A stretch of 64,000 bases of DNA. It comes from Euprymna scolopes (taxonomy: Eukaryota). The DNA is taken from NCBI GenBank assembly GCA_053919585.1, contig JBSSHM010000097.1. One strand, 5' to 3'. Below the pieces are notes generated by a model. That model was given only the letters and a program-made list of their open reading frames with translations, did no database searches and was not told where the DNA came from. This document shows, piece by piece, positions 11,528 through 23,504 of this stretch. The position numbers were made by a program, and so were the translations under genes. Each line of letters starts with the position of its first letter. Positions within the stretch are counted from its first letter, which is position 1.

Positions 11528-12902
11528 TGCTAATTCGATTAAGTAAATAAATTAGGTGTATGGTTAATAATAGGTAGATACTAACAATAATTTTTTGAGT
11601 ATCTATCGGTGTAGGTATTCCGCTATAAGTGGTAATTAAATAGATTCCGTATATCAAAGCACCAATAGAACCGATGCTCATATGTATCAGCAGGGTTTTA
11701 CGAGGAAAGGTTTGCCATAATATTCCTAAGCCAAGTAGATAAAAAGGAAAGCAGTAGATGGCAAATCGATCAAACATGCCTGTCATAAATATATAGGAAC
11801 ACAAGGTGATAAAGGCAATGCTTATACATAATAATGAGGATAACTTAATAATTTTTTTTTGAATTAGCTCAGGGGTGTTTTCTGCTTTATTTTTCAGAAT
11901 ATAGGAGATTGTCTTGATAAGAAAAAATAACATAGTGATAAAGCTTGTTAATACGAGCAAATATCCTCCATGAAGAAAGCTAATTGAACCAATATAGAGC
12001 GTATCATTTGCTTGGTTAGGTGGACCTTCTAAGAAAAATAACCAAATATTAGGAGCTCCATTTACTACTGAAGATAGATGGTTACTTCTAAAGGAAAGTA
12101 GGAATTGATAGATGGTGTATGTTCCTTCAGGTAAGTTAACCATTCGGTCAAATATTCTTGTGATAATAAGTAATAAGAGTATAGAAATTGCGGGATAGAG
12201 GGCTAGATGTGTAATTTTTATGTTGTTGAAGAGAAGAAAAAGAATGGCGATATAGAAAATAGCAAGGGTAATTCCAGGGAAAAACGAAAGTTGCTTGGTG
12301 TGAATAGCAAAAATCAAGAAAATGGAAAATAGAAAATTCATGAGATGAATTTTGGTTAGTCTGGGTCTTTTTTTCTGTCCCTCTTTATACATTTTTATAA
12401 GAAAAAGAGCAGAAAATACAATGAATAAATGAATAAATCCATCAATTTGTCCCAATAACGAACTGCTGGCATAAATTACGGGTAGAGAGGCAATGAAAAG
12501 CGTATATAGTAAGCTAACTTTACGGGTGGTGAATTCTCTGAGAATAAGGTAGTATCCTATAGCAATAATAAACTCTGCTAAAATAAGCCAAAGTCTGTAT
12601 TCAATAATGACATCTGTCCAGTTTTTTGTGCCTTTGAAGATAATAGTAGAGAGGTAGTATCCCAATAGTGGGTATTGGTTGTAAACAATTTCATAAATTC
12701 TTTTTGCATCATAGGTTAGTGCTTGAGACCAAGTATGGAATGCTTTAATATCATGATGAGAGTAAATCTCAAATTGCAAGATGATTATTGCGTAAACAAT
12801 GATGAATGCCAACATTACTCCAATAACTTGAGTAAGGGATAGGTCAGGCTTTTTGTTTGTTCGTTGTTGAGAAGTAGTCTTGTGGATATTTTTTTTAGCC
12901 AT
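11520..12902 (-). CDS. polytopic membrane protein, probable GT-C fold glycosyltransferase
   Basis: About 11-12 hydrophobic segments; HDI..F..W...IYE...YP, GQID, TKQ, DRF pattern resembles GT-C mannosyltransferases. Confidence 0.5.
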   Translation of the reverse strand: MAKKNIHKTTSQQRTNKKPDLSLTQVIGVMLAFIIVYAIIILQFEIYSHHDIKAFHTWSQALTYDAKRIYEIVYNQYPLLGYYLSTIIFKGTKNWTDVIIEYRLWLILAEFIIAIGYYLILREFTTRKVSLLYTLFIASLPVIYASSSLLGQIDGFIHLFIVFSALFLIKMYKEGQKKRPRLTKIHLMNFLFSIFLIFAIHTKQLSFFPGITLAIFYIAILFLLFNNIKITHLALYPAISILLLLIITRIFDRMVNLPEGTYTIYQFLLSFRSNHLSSVVNGAPNIWLFFLEGPPNQANDTLYIGSISFLHGGYLLVLTSFITMLFFLIKTISYILKNKAENTPELIQKKIIKLSSLLCISIAFITLCSYIFMTGMFDRFAIYCFPFYLLGLGILWQTFPRKTLLIHMSIGSIGALIYGIYLITTYSGIPTPIDTQKIIVSIYLLLTIHLIYLLNRISNV

Positions 12903-12938
12903 TTAGAAAGATAGTTAGAAATAGAGGCGAGATTTTAA

Positions 12939-15446
<2,508 letters not shown>

Positions 15447-15564
15447 TTACCCACAAAATTATACCATTTTTTAGGCAAAAAAACAATGACAAGGGGGTGT
15501 CTCTAATCATAGAAACAGGAGTCAGATTTTATTGTTTTTTTCCTATTAAAGGAAGTAGAGAGAG

Positions 15565-16449
15565 TTACAGCCTCTGGGTGTTTTTGAGTTGGATGAGATT
15601 TACAGCAAGGATAGCGGTAATGATAATGCTTCCTCCGATGAAGGTATGGAGTCCGGGGTATTCACCAATGGCTAGCCATACCCATAGTGGTCCAAGAAAG
15701 ATTTCTAATTGAAACATCATGCTTGAGTAAGGTGAGGGAATGTAGCGTGCACCAATCAACATCATGATAAAGCTGATAGGGAAAATAATAAGGGCATCAA
15801 TAAGTAGCCAGTGAAGCGATTCTAAAGGTTGTAAGAGATTGTTAGCGAATGGTAAACAGATGAGTGTGGCAAAAATTCCTGATAAAGCAAAGGAGAGTAT
15901 GATATTGCTTTGTTTTTCACTTCGTGATAAGGTGAAGTTTGCGGCGATGGATAAGGCACAAAATAGAGCACTAAAAAAAGCAAGCCATGAAAATGGTGAA
16001 GTGTTAGTTGATGAGGAGTAGAATAATTCTTCAGAGATGATGATGAATACGCCGATAAAACAGAATATGATGCCTATGAGCATAGCTAATGTGATTTTCT
16101 CACGTAGAAAAAAGAAGGAAAGAATGGCAGCAAAAAAAGGTGCGGTACTCAATAGAATCAGTGTATTTGCAACGGAGCTATTGTTGATGGCATAAACAAA
16201 TAATACTGTGCTTAAGACAAAGAAAATTAAACCAATACAGTCATAGTAGTTGAATTTTTTGAGGCTTTGCCAAAAGCTGATTTTTTCGATAATGAGAAGA
16301 TAGGCGGTAGTGGTAATAAAGGTGAGAATGCCTCGCCAAACACTTAAACTCGCACTATCTGTATTGATTAAGCGTATAAGCAGGCTATCAGGAGTGATAA
16401 TGAGTACGCCAATTAGTGTGATGAGTGTGCCTTTAAGGTGGCTGTTCAT
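15565..16449 (-). CDS. DMT/EamA family transporter
   Basis: About 10 TM segments; TPDSLLIR, LE..LGPLWVW..IGE.P. Confidence 0.8.
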   Translation of the reverse strand: MNSHLKGTLITLIGVLIITPDSLLIRLINTDSASLSVWRGILTFITTTAYLLIIEKISFWQSLKKFNYYDCIGLIFFVLSTVLFVYAINNSSVANTLILLSTAPFFAAILSFFFLREKITLAMLIGIIFCFIGVFIIISEELFYSSSTNTSPFSWLAFFSALFCALSIAANFTLSRSEKQSNIILSFALSGIFATLICLPFANNLLQPLESLHWLLIDALIIFPISFIMMLIGARYIPSPYSSMMFQLEIFLGPLWVWLAIGEYPGLHTFIGGSIIITAILAVNLIQLKNTQRL

Positions 16450-16535
16450 AATGTATGAGCAAAAATTAAGTATGTGTGATTGGTGTTCGTTTTATAATTC
16501 TACTTTATTAATAAAGAGAAAAGTATGGAAGAGAA

Positions 16536-16760
16536 ATGCTGAAAACTATCGTATGTAAAATCGTATTATTACCGATATATTTGTATCGTTATATGATTAG
16601 TCCATTGATTGGACCACGTTGCCGTTTTCATCCTACTTGTTCAGAATATGCGATTGAGAGTGTGCAGAAACATGGTGTGTTCAAGGGGGTAAAATTGGCA
16701 TTACTACGCATAGCAAAATGCCATCCTAAAGGTGGGAGTGGCTATGATCCAGTTCCTTAA
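16536..16760 (+). CDS. yidD: membrane protein insertion efficiency factor YidD
   Basis: Y...ISP..G..CRF.PTCSEYA, RI.KCHP...G.DPVP. Confidence 0.93.
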   Translation: MLKTIVCKIVLLPIYLYRYMISPLIGPRCRFHPTCSEYAIESVQKHGVFKGVKLALLRIAKCHPKGGSGYDPVP

Positions 16761-17460
16761 GGATTTCTAGCGTTCCTACATCGTGCCATGTGCCTTTAAA
16801 ATATTCTCCAGAGAGTTGTTTTTGTGAGCTTGCATGATAGAGGGCTTTGGCTAGTGAAAAATAATGCTTAGGTGTTTGTGTGTATTGTTTTTGGTGATAG
16901 GTGACTAAATTAGGATGAATCAGGCTGATGCCACTATAAATGAGTTTTCCACGTGATTTTTCTGTTCCATGCACGTGATTGTCAATTAAATCAAAATCTC
17001 CATGTTTTTTATGGTGAGGTTTATCAACGAGTACCAGATGCGCTAAAGTATTGGAGAGTAAGGTTTTGGTGGTTAGCAAGCTAAAATTATAGTCAGTGTA
17101 GATATCGCCATTGACGATGACAAAAGGATGAGTAGCTAGACCGGTTCTGAGTTGGTGGAGTTGTTCATAATGAAGAGCATTAACCAATGCTCCGCCTGTT
17201 TCTAATGGAGATTTTTCTTTTAGGATAATAATGTTGGCATGAGGGTAATGGTGGGTGATGAATTGTTCAATTTTTTCTCCTAGCCAAGAGACGTTGATAA
17301 ATATATTTTTAGCATGCGGAAGGATTTGTTCTATTAATCTTCCAAGAAGTGGTTGATGATTGATTTCAACTAATGGTTTGGGCGTGTGTAAGGTGATGGG
17401 ATGTAAACGTTTACCAAAACCAGCAGCAAAGATAAAAAAGTTCATGATTTTTTTATCCAT
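16726..17460 (-). CDS. nucleotidyltransferase, MurU-like
   Basis: [11 protein letters not shown]...PKPL, LETGG, NGD, W.DVGT. Confidence 0.8.
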   Translation of the reverse strand: MDKKIMNFFIFAAGFGKRLHPITLHTPKPLVEINHQPLLGRLIEQILPHAKNIFINVSWLGEKIEQFITHHYPHANIIILKEKSPLETGGALVNALHYEQLHQLRTGLATHPFVIVNGDIYTDYNFSLLTTKTLLSNTLAHLVLVDKPHHKKHGDFDLIDNHVHGTEKSRGKLIYSGISLIHPNLVTYHQKQYTQTPKHYFSLAKALYHASSQKQLSGEYFKGTWHDVGTLEILKELDHSHSHL

Positions 17461-17501
17461 GTGCTTATGAGTGAATCATAATATCCATAAGCATTTTTTT
17501 A

Positions 17502-17966
17502 TTATTGGTATTTAAATTGTCTTGATTTTTCTCTTTGCCAATCACGTTCTTTAATGGTTTGTCGCTTGTCATGTTGTTTTTTTCCTTTGGCAATGCCGAT
17601 GTTGATTTTTGCTTTGCCTTTTTTCCACAAAGCATTAAGTGCTACGATGGTATAGCCTTTTTGCTCAATTAAACCTGTTAGGTGATTAATTTCTTTTTTA
17701 TTAAGCAGGAGTTTTCTGCTTCTAGTGGGGTCAGGATGAATGTGGGTTGAGGCAGTAACAAGAGGGGTGATGAGTGCACCCATTAACCATGCCTCGGAAG
17801 ATTTAATGCGTACATAGGTATCGCTTAATTGCAGCTTTCCTGCACGTAGACTTTTGACTTCCCAACCTTCAAGTACGATCCCAGCTAAGAGTTCTTTTTC
17901 AATTTGATAATCAAATTTTGCTCGGCGATTTTGTGCGATAATTGATTTGGGTTTTTTCTTATCCAT
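17502..17966 (-). CDS. smpB: SsrA-binding protein SmpB
   Basis: [32 protein letters not shown]. Confidence 0.97.
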   Translation of the reverse strand: MDKKKPKSIIAQNRRAKFDYQIEKELLAGIVLEGWEVKSLRAGKLQLSDTYVRIKSSEAWLMGALITPLVTASTHIHPDPTRSRKLLLNKKEINHLTGLIEQKGYTIVALNALWKKGKAKINIGIAKGKKQHDKRQTIKERDWQREKSRQFKYQ

Positions 17967-18025
17967 AAGAAAATTATCACATAAACTACATAAGTTTTTA
18001 CTTATTTCACCTCACATATTTTTCT

Positions 18026-18976
18026 ATGTCAGATAATGAAAGAATTTATTATTCTTCTTGCTTTCAGGAACACCAAGTTAGCCTAGGTCATCCTGAATGT
18101 CCAGAGCGCTTGCAGGCGATAGTTGAGTTTATACAGAGTGAGAATCGTGCCAAAGGATGGCAGTGGTGTGAGCCACAAATGGTGCAATCACAGTGGTTTG
18201 AGTATGCACATCCATCTGAGTATGTTAAGCAGATATTTGCATTATTGCCAGATGAGGGTGAGCCATTTATTTATTTAGATGGTGATACGTGTTGGTCATC
18301 GCAATCTGGCAAAGCGGTTTTATTGGCTGGTGGTTCACTAAAAGAGGCGATAGATTGGTCAATGAGCGATAAAAAGGATTGTATGAGAAATGGTATCCCC
18401 ATTAGTTTTTGTCTTAGTCGCCCACCTGGTCATCATGCCGAACGAATGGTGGCTATGGGTTTTTGTGTTTTTGGGTTTGTAGGGTGTGCGGCAATTTATG
18501 CTCATCGTCAATACGCATTAGAACGTGTTGCTGTGTTGGATTTTGATGTTCATCATGGTAATGGAACAGAGGACATATTAGGTGATTATCCAACATTTTT
18601 TTTTGCCTCTACCTACCAACAAGCAATATTTCCAGCTGGAACGATTGCCCAAAATAATGTTTATCGAAAATGCTTGCCAATGCCTGCACAAACCGATTCT
18701 TGTGCATTTCAATCCCTTTGGGAAAATGATGTTTTTTCTCAATTAATGGATTATCAGCCACAATGTATTTTGGTTTCAGCGGGTTTTGATGCTCATCGTA
18801 ATGATCCATTAGCCAACTGTTTACTTATTGAGGAAGATTTTTATTTCCTAGGTAAACGCATTAAAGAAATTGCCACCATGTATCAAGCACCAGTTATTGC
18901 TAATTTAGAAGGTGGTTATCATGTAGACTCATTGGCAAAATCGGTCTATGCTTTTATGCAAGGATTAGCACATTAA
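18026..18976 (+). CDS. histone deacetylase family protein
   Basis: HPECPERL, RPPGHHAE, DFDVHHGNGT, SAGFDAH..DPL, LEGGY. Confidence 0.92.
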   Translation: MSDNERIYYSSCFQEHQVSLGHPECPERLQAIVEFIQSENRAKGWQWCEPQMVQSQWFEYAHPSEYVKQIFALLPDEGEPFIYLDGDTCWSSQSGKAVLLAGGSLKEAIDWSMSDKKDCMRNGIPISFCLSRPPGHHAERMVAMGFCVFGFVGCAAIYAHRQYALERVAVLDFDVHHGNGTEDILGDYPTFFFASTYQQAIFPAGTIAQNNVYRKCLPMPAQTDSCAFQSLWENDVFSQLMDYQPQCILVSAGFDAHRNDPLANCLLIEEDFYFLGKRIKEIATMYQAPVIANLEGGYHVDSLAKSVYAFMQGLAH

Positions 18977-19180
18977 TCTATTCATGCTTTTTACGGGAAA
19001 ATTCGCTATCAATAGATAGCAACACTAAGTTAAAAACATGAATTTGTGAGTTAATTTAGGAGTGGTTATACAATAAGTGAAATTATGTGTGATAAAATTC
19101 CAAGCATACTTGACAAAATATCAGAAAATAAAAGTATTCAAATCAATCTTATTTTTCACCTTCATTAATTTTTTCAACTA

Positions 19181-20809
19181 ATGACCTTTTGTGTGCGTTC
19201 AAAAAAAGTGGTTCTTCCATTTTTATCAGCACTTTTTTTATTTGCACTGATGGTGATGAGTCTATCATGGGTTTTTGGTAGTTATTTTCAACCTTTTGGG
19301 GAGAATTGGGGGCATTTAATTGATAATTTATTGGCATCAGTAATGATGGATACATTATTACTATTATTATTTAATTCAATAGGTTGTTTATTTTTAGGGG
19401 TTAGCTTAGCTTGGTTAGTTTGTCGTTATGAATTTCATGGTCGGAAATGGTTACAGTGGTTACTTATTTTGCCACTTTCTATGCCTCCATATGTTACAGC
19501 ATTTATTTTATTTGATGTTTTCGATTCTTCTGGAGAGTTAAATCAACAAATTAATGATTTTTGGAATCTTGATATAAGTGTTGATTTACAGAATATTGGT
19601 TACACTTCTTTAGCTATGATAATGGTTTTTTATCCTTATGTGTATTGGGTAGTTAGGAGTTCTTTACTTAGCATTCGGGGGAATTTGCTTGATAGTGCTA
19701 CGAATCTTGGTTTGAGTGAGGTTGGACTATTTTGGCGAGTTATTATTCCGATGATAAAAAATGCCACGATGGGGGGATTAAGCTTGGTAATGTTAGAAAC
19801 TTTGGCTGATTTTGGTGCGGTAAGTATTTTTAATGTGGATACATTAAGTACGCTTATTTATAAAATGTGGTATTCATTTTTTGATTTGCGTACTGCCTTG
19901 CAAGTTTCTGGATTATTATTGCTGATTGTTCTTGTATTATATTTATTTAGTCAATTGCTTAAAAGTAAGGGATTAACTCATAATTTGCGGCAAGGGAGTG
20001 GTATAGCAAGGGTAGAGTTAGTAGGATGGAAAAAATGGATGGCGAGTGGTTTTTGCTGGGGAATTGTTTTGATATCCTTTATTGTTCCTGTGGCAATGCT
20101 AATATGGATGTCAAGTTCATATGTGGATCAAGTTGAGTGGGTTAATTTCATAGAAGTGTTATACAATACGTTGCTTATTGGTGGTGGTGCAAGCTTGTTA
20201 TTAGTTAGCGTGAGTGCATTATTGGTGATTGCTTTGCATCAGTTAAGAAATGATTATGGCTGTTGCACTCATCAAAAAGTGAGTCGGATAATCGATCGTT
20301 TATGTGCATTTTTGCGTTTAGGCTATGCATTTCCTGGTTCAGTTGTTGCCATGAGTTTGGTGGGTATTGCTGTTTATATTGATAATGTGGTTACGGCTTT
20401 AGGAATGAGTTCACTATTAATAGGGGGTTCGCTACTGTTATTATTTTGGGCATATATGATACGCTTCTTTGCTGTTTCGCTTAATGCTTTAAATGGTTCA
20501 ATTAATCATCTTAGTGGAAATCTTTCAGCAATTGCTATGAATCTTGGTTTAAGCCAATGGAAAATTAAGAGAAAAGTATATTTTCCTAATTTAAAAATCC
20601 CCATCATTGGTGCATTGGTTTTAGTGTTTATTGAAGTCATTAAAGAGATGCCTGCTACATTGATGTTGCGTCCTGCTGGTTGGGAAACCTTAGCGGTCAA
20701 TATTTACAGCTATACAGCCGAAGGTGAGTGGATTAAGGCGGCAATGCCAGCATTATCGATGGTGTTTTTGTGTGCGTTTTTTATGTTAATAACTTTTCAA
20801 AAACGGTGA
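19181..20809 (+). CDS. Fe3+ ABC transporter permease (FbpB-like)
   Basis: Two permease repeats; LPLSMPPYV, ETLADFG, KEMPATL.LRP. Confidence 0.87.
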   Translation: MTFCVRSKKVVLPFLSALFLFALMVMSLSWVFGSYFQPFGENWGHLIDNLLASVMMDTLLLLLFNSIGCLFLGVSLAWLVCRYEFHGRKWLQWLLILPLSMPPYVTAFILFDVFDSSGELNQQINDFWNLDISVDLQNIGYTSLAMIMVFYPYVYWVVRSSLLSIRGNLLDSATNLGLSEVGLFWRVIIPMIKNATMGGLSLVMLETLADFGAVSIFNVDTLSTLIYKMWYSFFDLRTALQVSGLLLLIVLVLYLFSQLLKSKGLTHNLRQGSGIARVELVGWKKWMASGFCWGIVLISFIVPVAMLIWMSSSYVDQVEWVNFIEVLYNTLLIGGGASLLLVSVSALLVIALHQLRNDYGCCTHQKVSRIIDRLCAFLRLGYAFPGSVVAMSLVGIAVYIDNVVTALGMSSLLIGGSLLLLFWAYMIRFFAVSLNALNGSINHLSGNLSAIAMNLGLSQWKIKRKVYFPNLKIPIIGALVLVFIEVIKEMPATLMLRPAGWETLAVNIYSYTAEGEWIKAAMPALSMVFLCAFFMLITFQKR

Positions 20810-22033
20810 TTGTATAAATTTATGTTACAGGTAGAACGTTTAACTTGTCCGTATATTATTGAAACAGACAATATTTCATGTGAGATAGGTGGCAAACCTA
20901 TTTTGCATAATATTTCATTTAAGGTTCCAGCAGGTTCTTTTTGCTGTTTGTTGGGAAAAAGTGGTTGTGGTAAAACAACCTTATTTCGGGCTTTATCTGG
21001 CTTGAATGAGGTCCAAAATGGAGGGATTAAGATTAATGGTAAGGTTATTGTGAAAGATGCATTTTCATATGTTCCATCTCATCAACGCAAAGTAGGTTTA
21101 GTCTTTCAAGACTACACATTATTTCCACATTTATCCGTGCGTGATAATCTATTGTTTGGTGCTCCGAAATGTTCAGGTTTGGAACAACAACAAATCATAG
21201 ATCATTTGCTTAATTTAGTTGATTTGGAGGGTTATGAAGAGCATTACCCTCATGAATTATCTGGTGGCCAACAGCAGCGTATTGCTCTAGCAAGAACGCT
21301 TGCATCAGACCCTCTTCTTGTATTATTAGATGAGCCATTTTCCAATTTGGAACAGGATCAAAGATCGGGGTTGGCAGAGCAGGTGAAAACTATTTTGCGC
21401 AAACAATCGGTTTCAGCATTATTGGTGACTCATGATCAAACAGAAGCTTTTTCTTTTGCTGATTACATAGGGGTGATGATGGATGGAGAATTAGTACAAT
21501 GGGGAACACCAGAAGATATTTATTATCGCCCAAAAAATGAAAAAATCGCAGAATTTATTGGTTCAGGACATTGGTATGATTGCCAGGTGGTTGAGGATAA
21601 GGAGGGTGCTAAGCAATTAGCGACTCCTTTTGGTTTTATTTCTTTAGCAGCTAATGAACAGTTGTTGAGCGAACAATCGGCACAGTTATTGCAGCATTCA
21701 AGAGATTTACAAATATTTCTTAGACAAGAAAATATCTATTTACCTATTAATCAAGAGCAATGTACACAGAAACATATGGCTGATGTAGAATGTCAACCAC
21801 ACGTACAGCTAAATTTTCCTGTAATCAATCAATGGCGTATCGTAGATAAACAATTTAGTGGTTTTCTTACTTTCCTAACGTTACAGGCAATCGAAGATAA
21901 ACACGGTCTGTTTCCTGATTTTCCACCAATTGAAATTAGCGTATTTGTTCGTAGTAATCGAGAGATTCAACTTGGACAAAAAGTGCAAGTTGAATTAGAA
22001 TTGGGATCATTCATCCTCAGAGTTAAGCCTTAA
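20810..22033 (+). CDS. Fe3+ ABC transporter ATP-binding protein (FbpC-like)
   Basis: GKSGCGKT, VFQDY.LFPHL, LSGGQQQR, LLDEPFSNL, VTHDQ.EA. Confidence 0.87.
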   Translation: MYKFMLQVERLTCPYIIETDNISCEIGGKPILHNISFKVPAGSFCCLLGKSGCGKTTLFRALSGLNEVQNGGIKINGKVIVKDAFSYVPSHQRKVGLVFQDYTLFPHLSVRDNLLFGAPKCSGLEQQQIIDHLLNLVDLEGYEEHYPHELSGGQQQRIALARTLASDPLLVLLDEPFSNLEQDQRSGLAEQVKTILRKQSVSALLVTHDQTEAFSFADYIGVMMDGELVQWGTPEDIYYRPKNEKIAEFIGSGHWYDCQVVEDKEGAKQLATPFGFISLAANEQLLSEQSAQLLQHSRDLQIFLRQENIYLPINQEQCTQKHMADVECQPHVQLNFPVINQWRIVDKQFSGFLTFLTLQAIEDKHGLFPDFPPIEISVFVRSNREIQLGQKVQVELELGSFILRVKP

Positions 22034-22039
22034 GAATAA

Positions 22040-22734
22040 TCAACTAATTATGAGTAGGCATTGCGTATCCCAAATGTGGATAGCCTGTTCTTTTTTATCT
22101 GAAAGAAATTCATCAAAGGCTTGTTTGACTCTTGGGCAGGATATTGAGTGGTAATCATGAGAGATGATGACGCCCTCTTTTTTCATGCGCGGATAAAAAT
22201 ACTGTAACTCTGATAGAGTAGATTTATAAATATCGACATCTAGACATCTAAATTAATAAAACAGAACTCAATCTCTTTGGGCAAGGCATTAGTTGATTTT
22301 GGGAAAAATCCTTTATGAAAATGTACATGGCTAAAGTTACTTAGGTATGCTTGCCCTTCTTCTAAGGGACAATCAGCAAAATCACCTTTTTGGTGATGAT
22401 CAATAGTAGAGGTTTCAGGCATTCCCTCAAAAGTATCAAAAAGATGAACATCAGAATCTTGACTAAAAGAATACATTAATTTTGCACTTCCGCCTTTATA
22501 TACACCCAATTCAGCTACAGCTCCACCTAATTTAATGGAATTGCTTAGATAGTGGTAGATATTATAACTTTCCCTAAAAATTGTTAATAAATATCCCTCT
22601 CTAACTAGTGCTAAAGGTCAATAAACTTTTAAAAAATCATCATTTAGCCGTGCTTTATTGCTTTTTTGAAGTGCCTGATAAACTAGCTTAGGTGTATATG
22701 ATTCGATTTTGGATAGTGATTTTTTATAATCCAT
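22040..22734 (-). pseudogene. TylF/MycF/NovP-family O-methyltransferase pseudogene
   Basis: Reconstructed frame: ATG at 22734, in-frame TGA at 22620-22618, AELGVYKGGS, LFDTFEG, KGFF, then 8-bp tandem duplication GACATCTA x2 at 22235-22250; after removal it reads LDVDIYKST...HDY... to a stop at 22040. Confidence 0.82.
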
Positions 22735-22982
22735 AAAAGGTATGATTTATTTGGATTGGGTTAATGTGGTGATTTAGAGTAGAGAATAAAAAATTTTCTC
22801 TTAGTTGATATCTTGATATCCAGTCTCATTATAGTATGAATTTGGATGCGTCTTTATATATTATATACGTCCAATACAATTGCAGTTATTGATGACAGTT
22901 ATCTCTATTTTATCTAAGAAATGAAGTAGGTGATGTTTCTATCTTATTGGGAGGGAAGGAAACATTAAGGGTCGGGTAAGTG

Positions 22983-23471
22983 TTATTCACTATTATGAGT
23001 AAAGTTTAATTGTCGCCAACCTTCGTATGCCACGATGCTGACAGTATTGGCAAGATTAATGCTTCGGCTTTGTGTTCGCATGGGGAGTCGGTAGTAATGA
23101 TTGATGCCGTATTGAGAGATAAATTCATTGGGCAGTCCTTCAGTTTCGGAACCAAAAACTAGGCAGTGGTTTTGGCAATAGGGTGCATGGATATAGTTTT
23201 GCGTGGCTTTGGTAGAAAAAAAACTGATGCCTCGAGGTTCAATGGTTTCAAAACATTCAGCCAAATTTTTCCAAACTTTGAGTTGGGCATATTCATGGTA
23301 GTCTAAGCCGGCACGACGCATTTTTTTATCATCTAATTCAAAACTAATGGGTTCAATGAGATGAAGAGCACATCCTGTATTCGCACATAGACGGATGATT
23401 GCCCCAGTATTTGAGGCGATTTTGGGGTTGTGTAGCACAATATGAAATAAGAGAGACGATGCTTGGCTCAT
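22983..23471 (-). CDS. trmL: tRNA (cytidine/uridine-34 2'-O)-methyltransferase TrmL
   Basis: P.I..NTG.I.RLCA, RRAGLDY, FGSET.GL, RSINLAN. Confidence 0.93.
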   Translation of the reverse strand: MSQASSLLFHIVLHNPKIASNTGAIIRLCANTGCALHLIEPISFELDDKKMRRAGLDYHEYAQLKVWKNLAECFETIEPRGISFFSTKATQNYIHAPYCQNHCLVFGSETEGLPNEFISQYGINHYYRLPMRTQSRSINLANTVSIVAYEGWRQLNFTHNSE

Positions 23472-23504
23472 GGTGATAGTCTCCCTACCTATATCTTAAG
23501 TTAT

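Noticed and set aside
22618-22620. In-frame TGA as a sign of a recoded genetic code or selenocysteine
   Set aside because: TGA terminates several normal genes here (murE, murF, mraY), and the same gene has a second lesion
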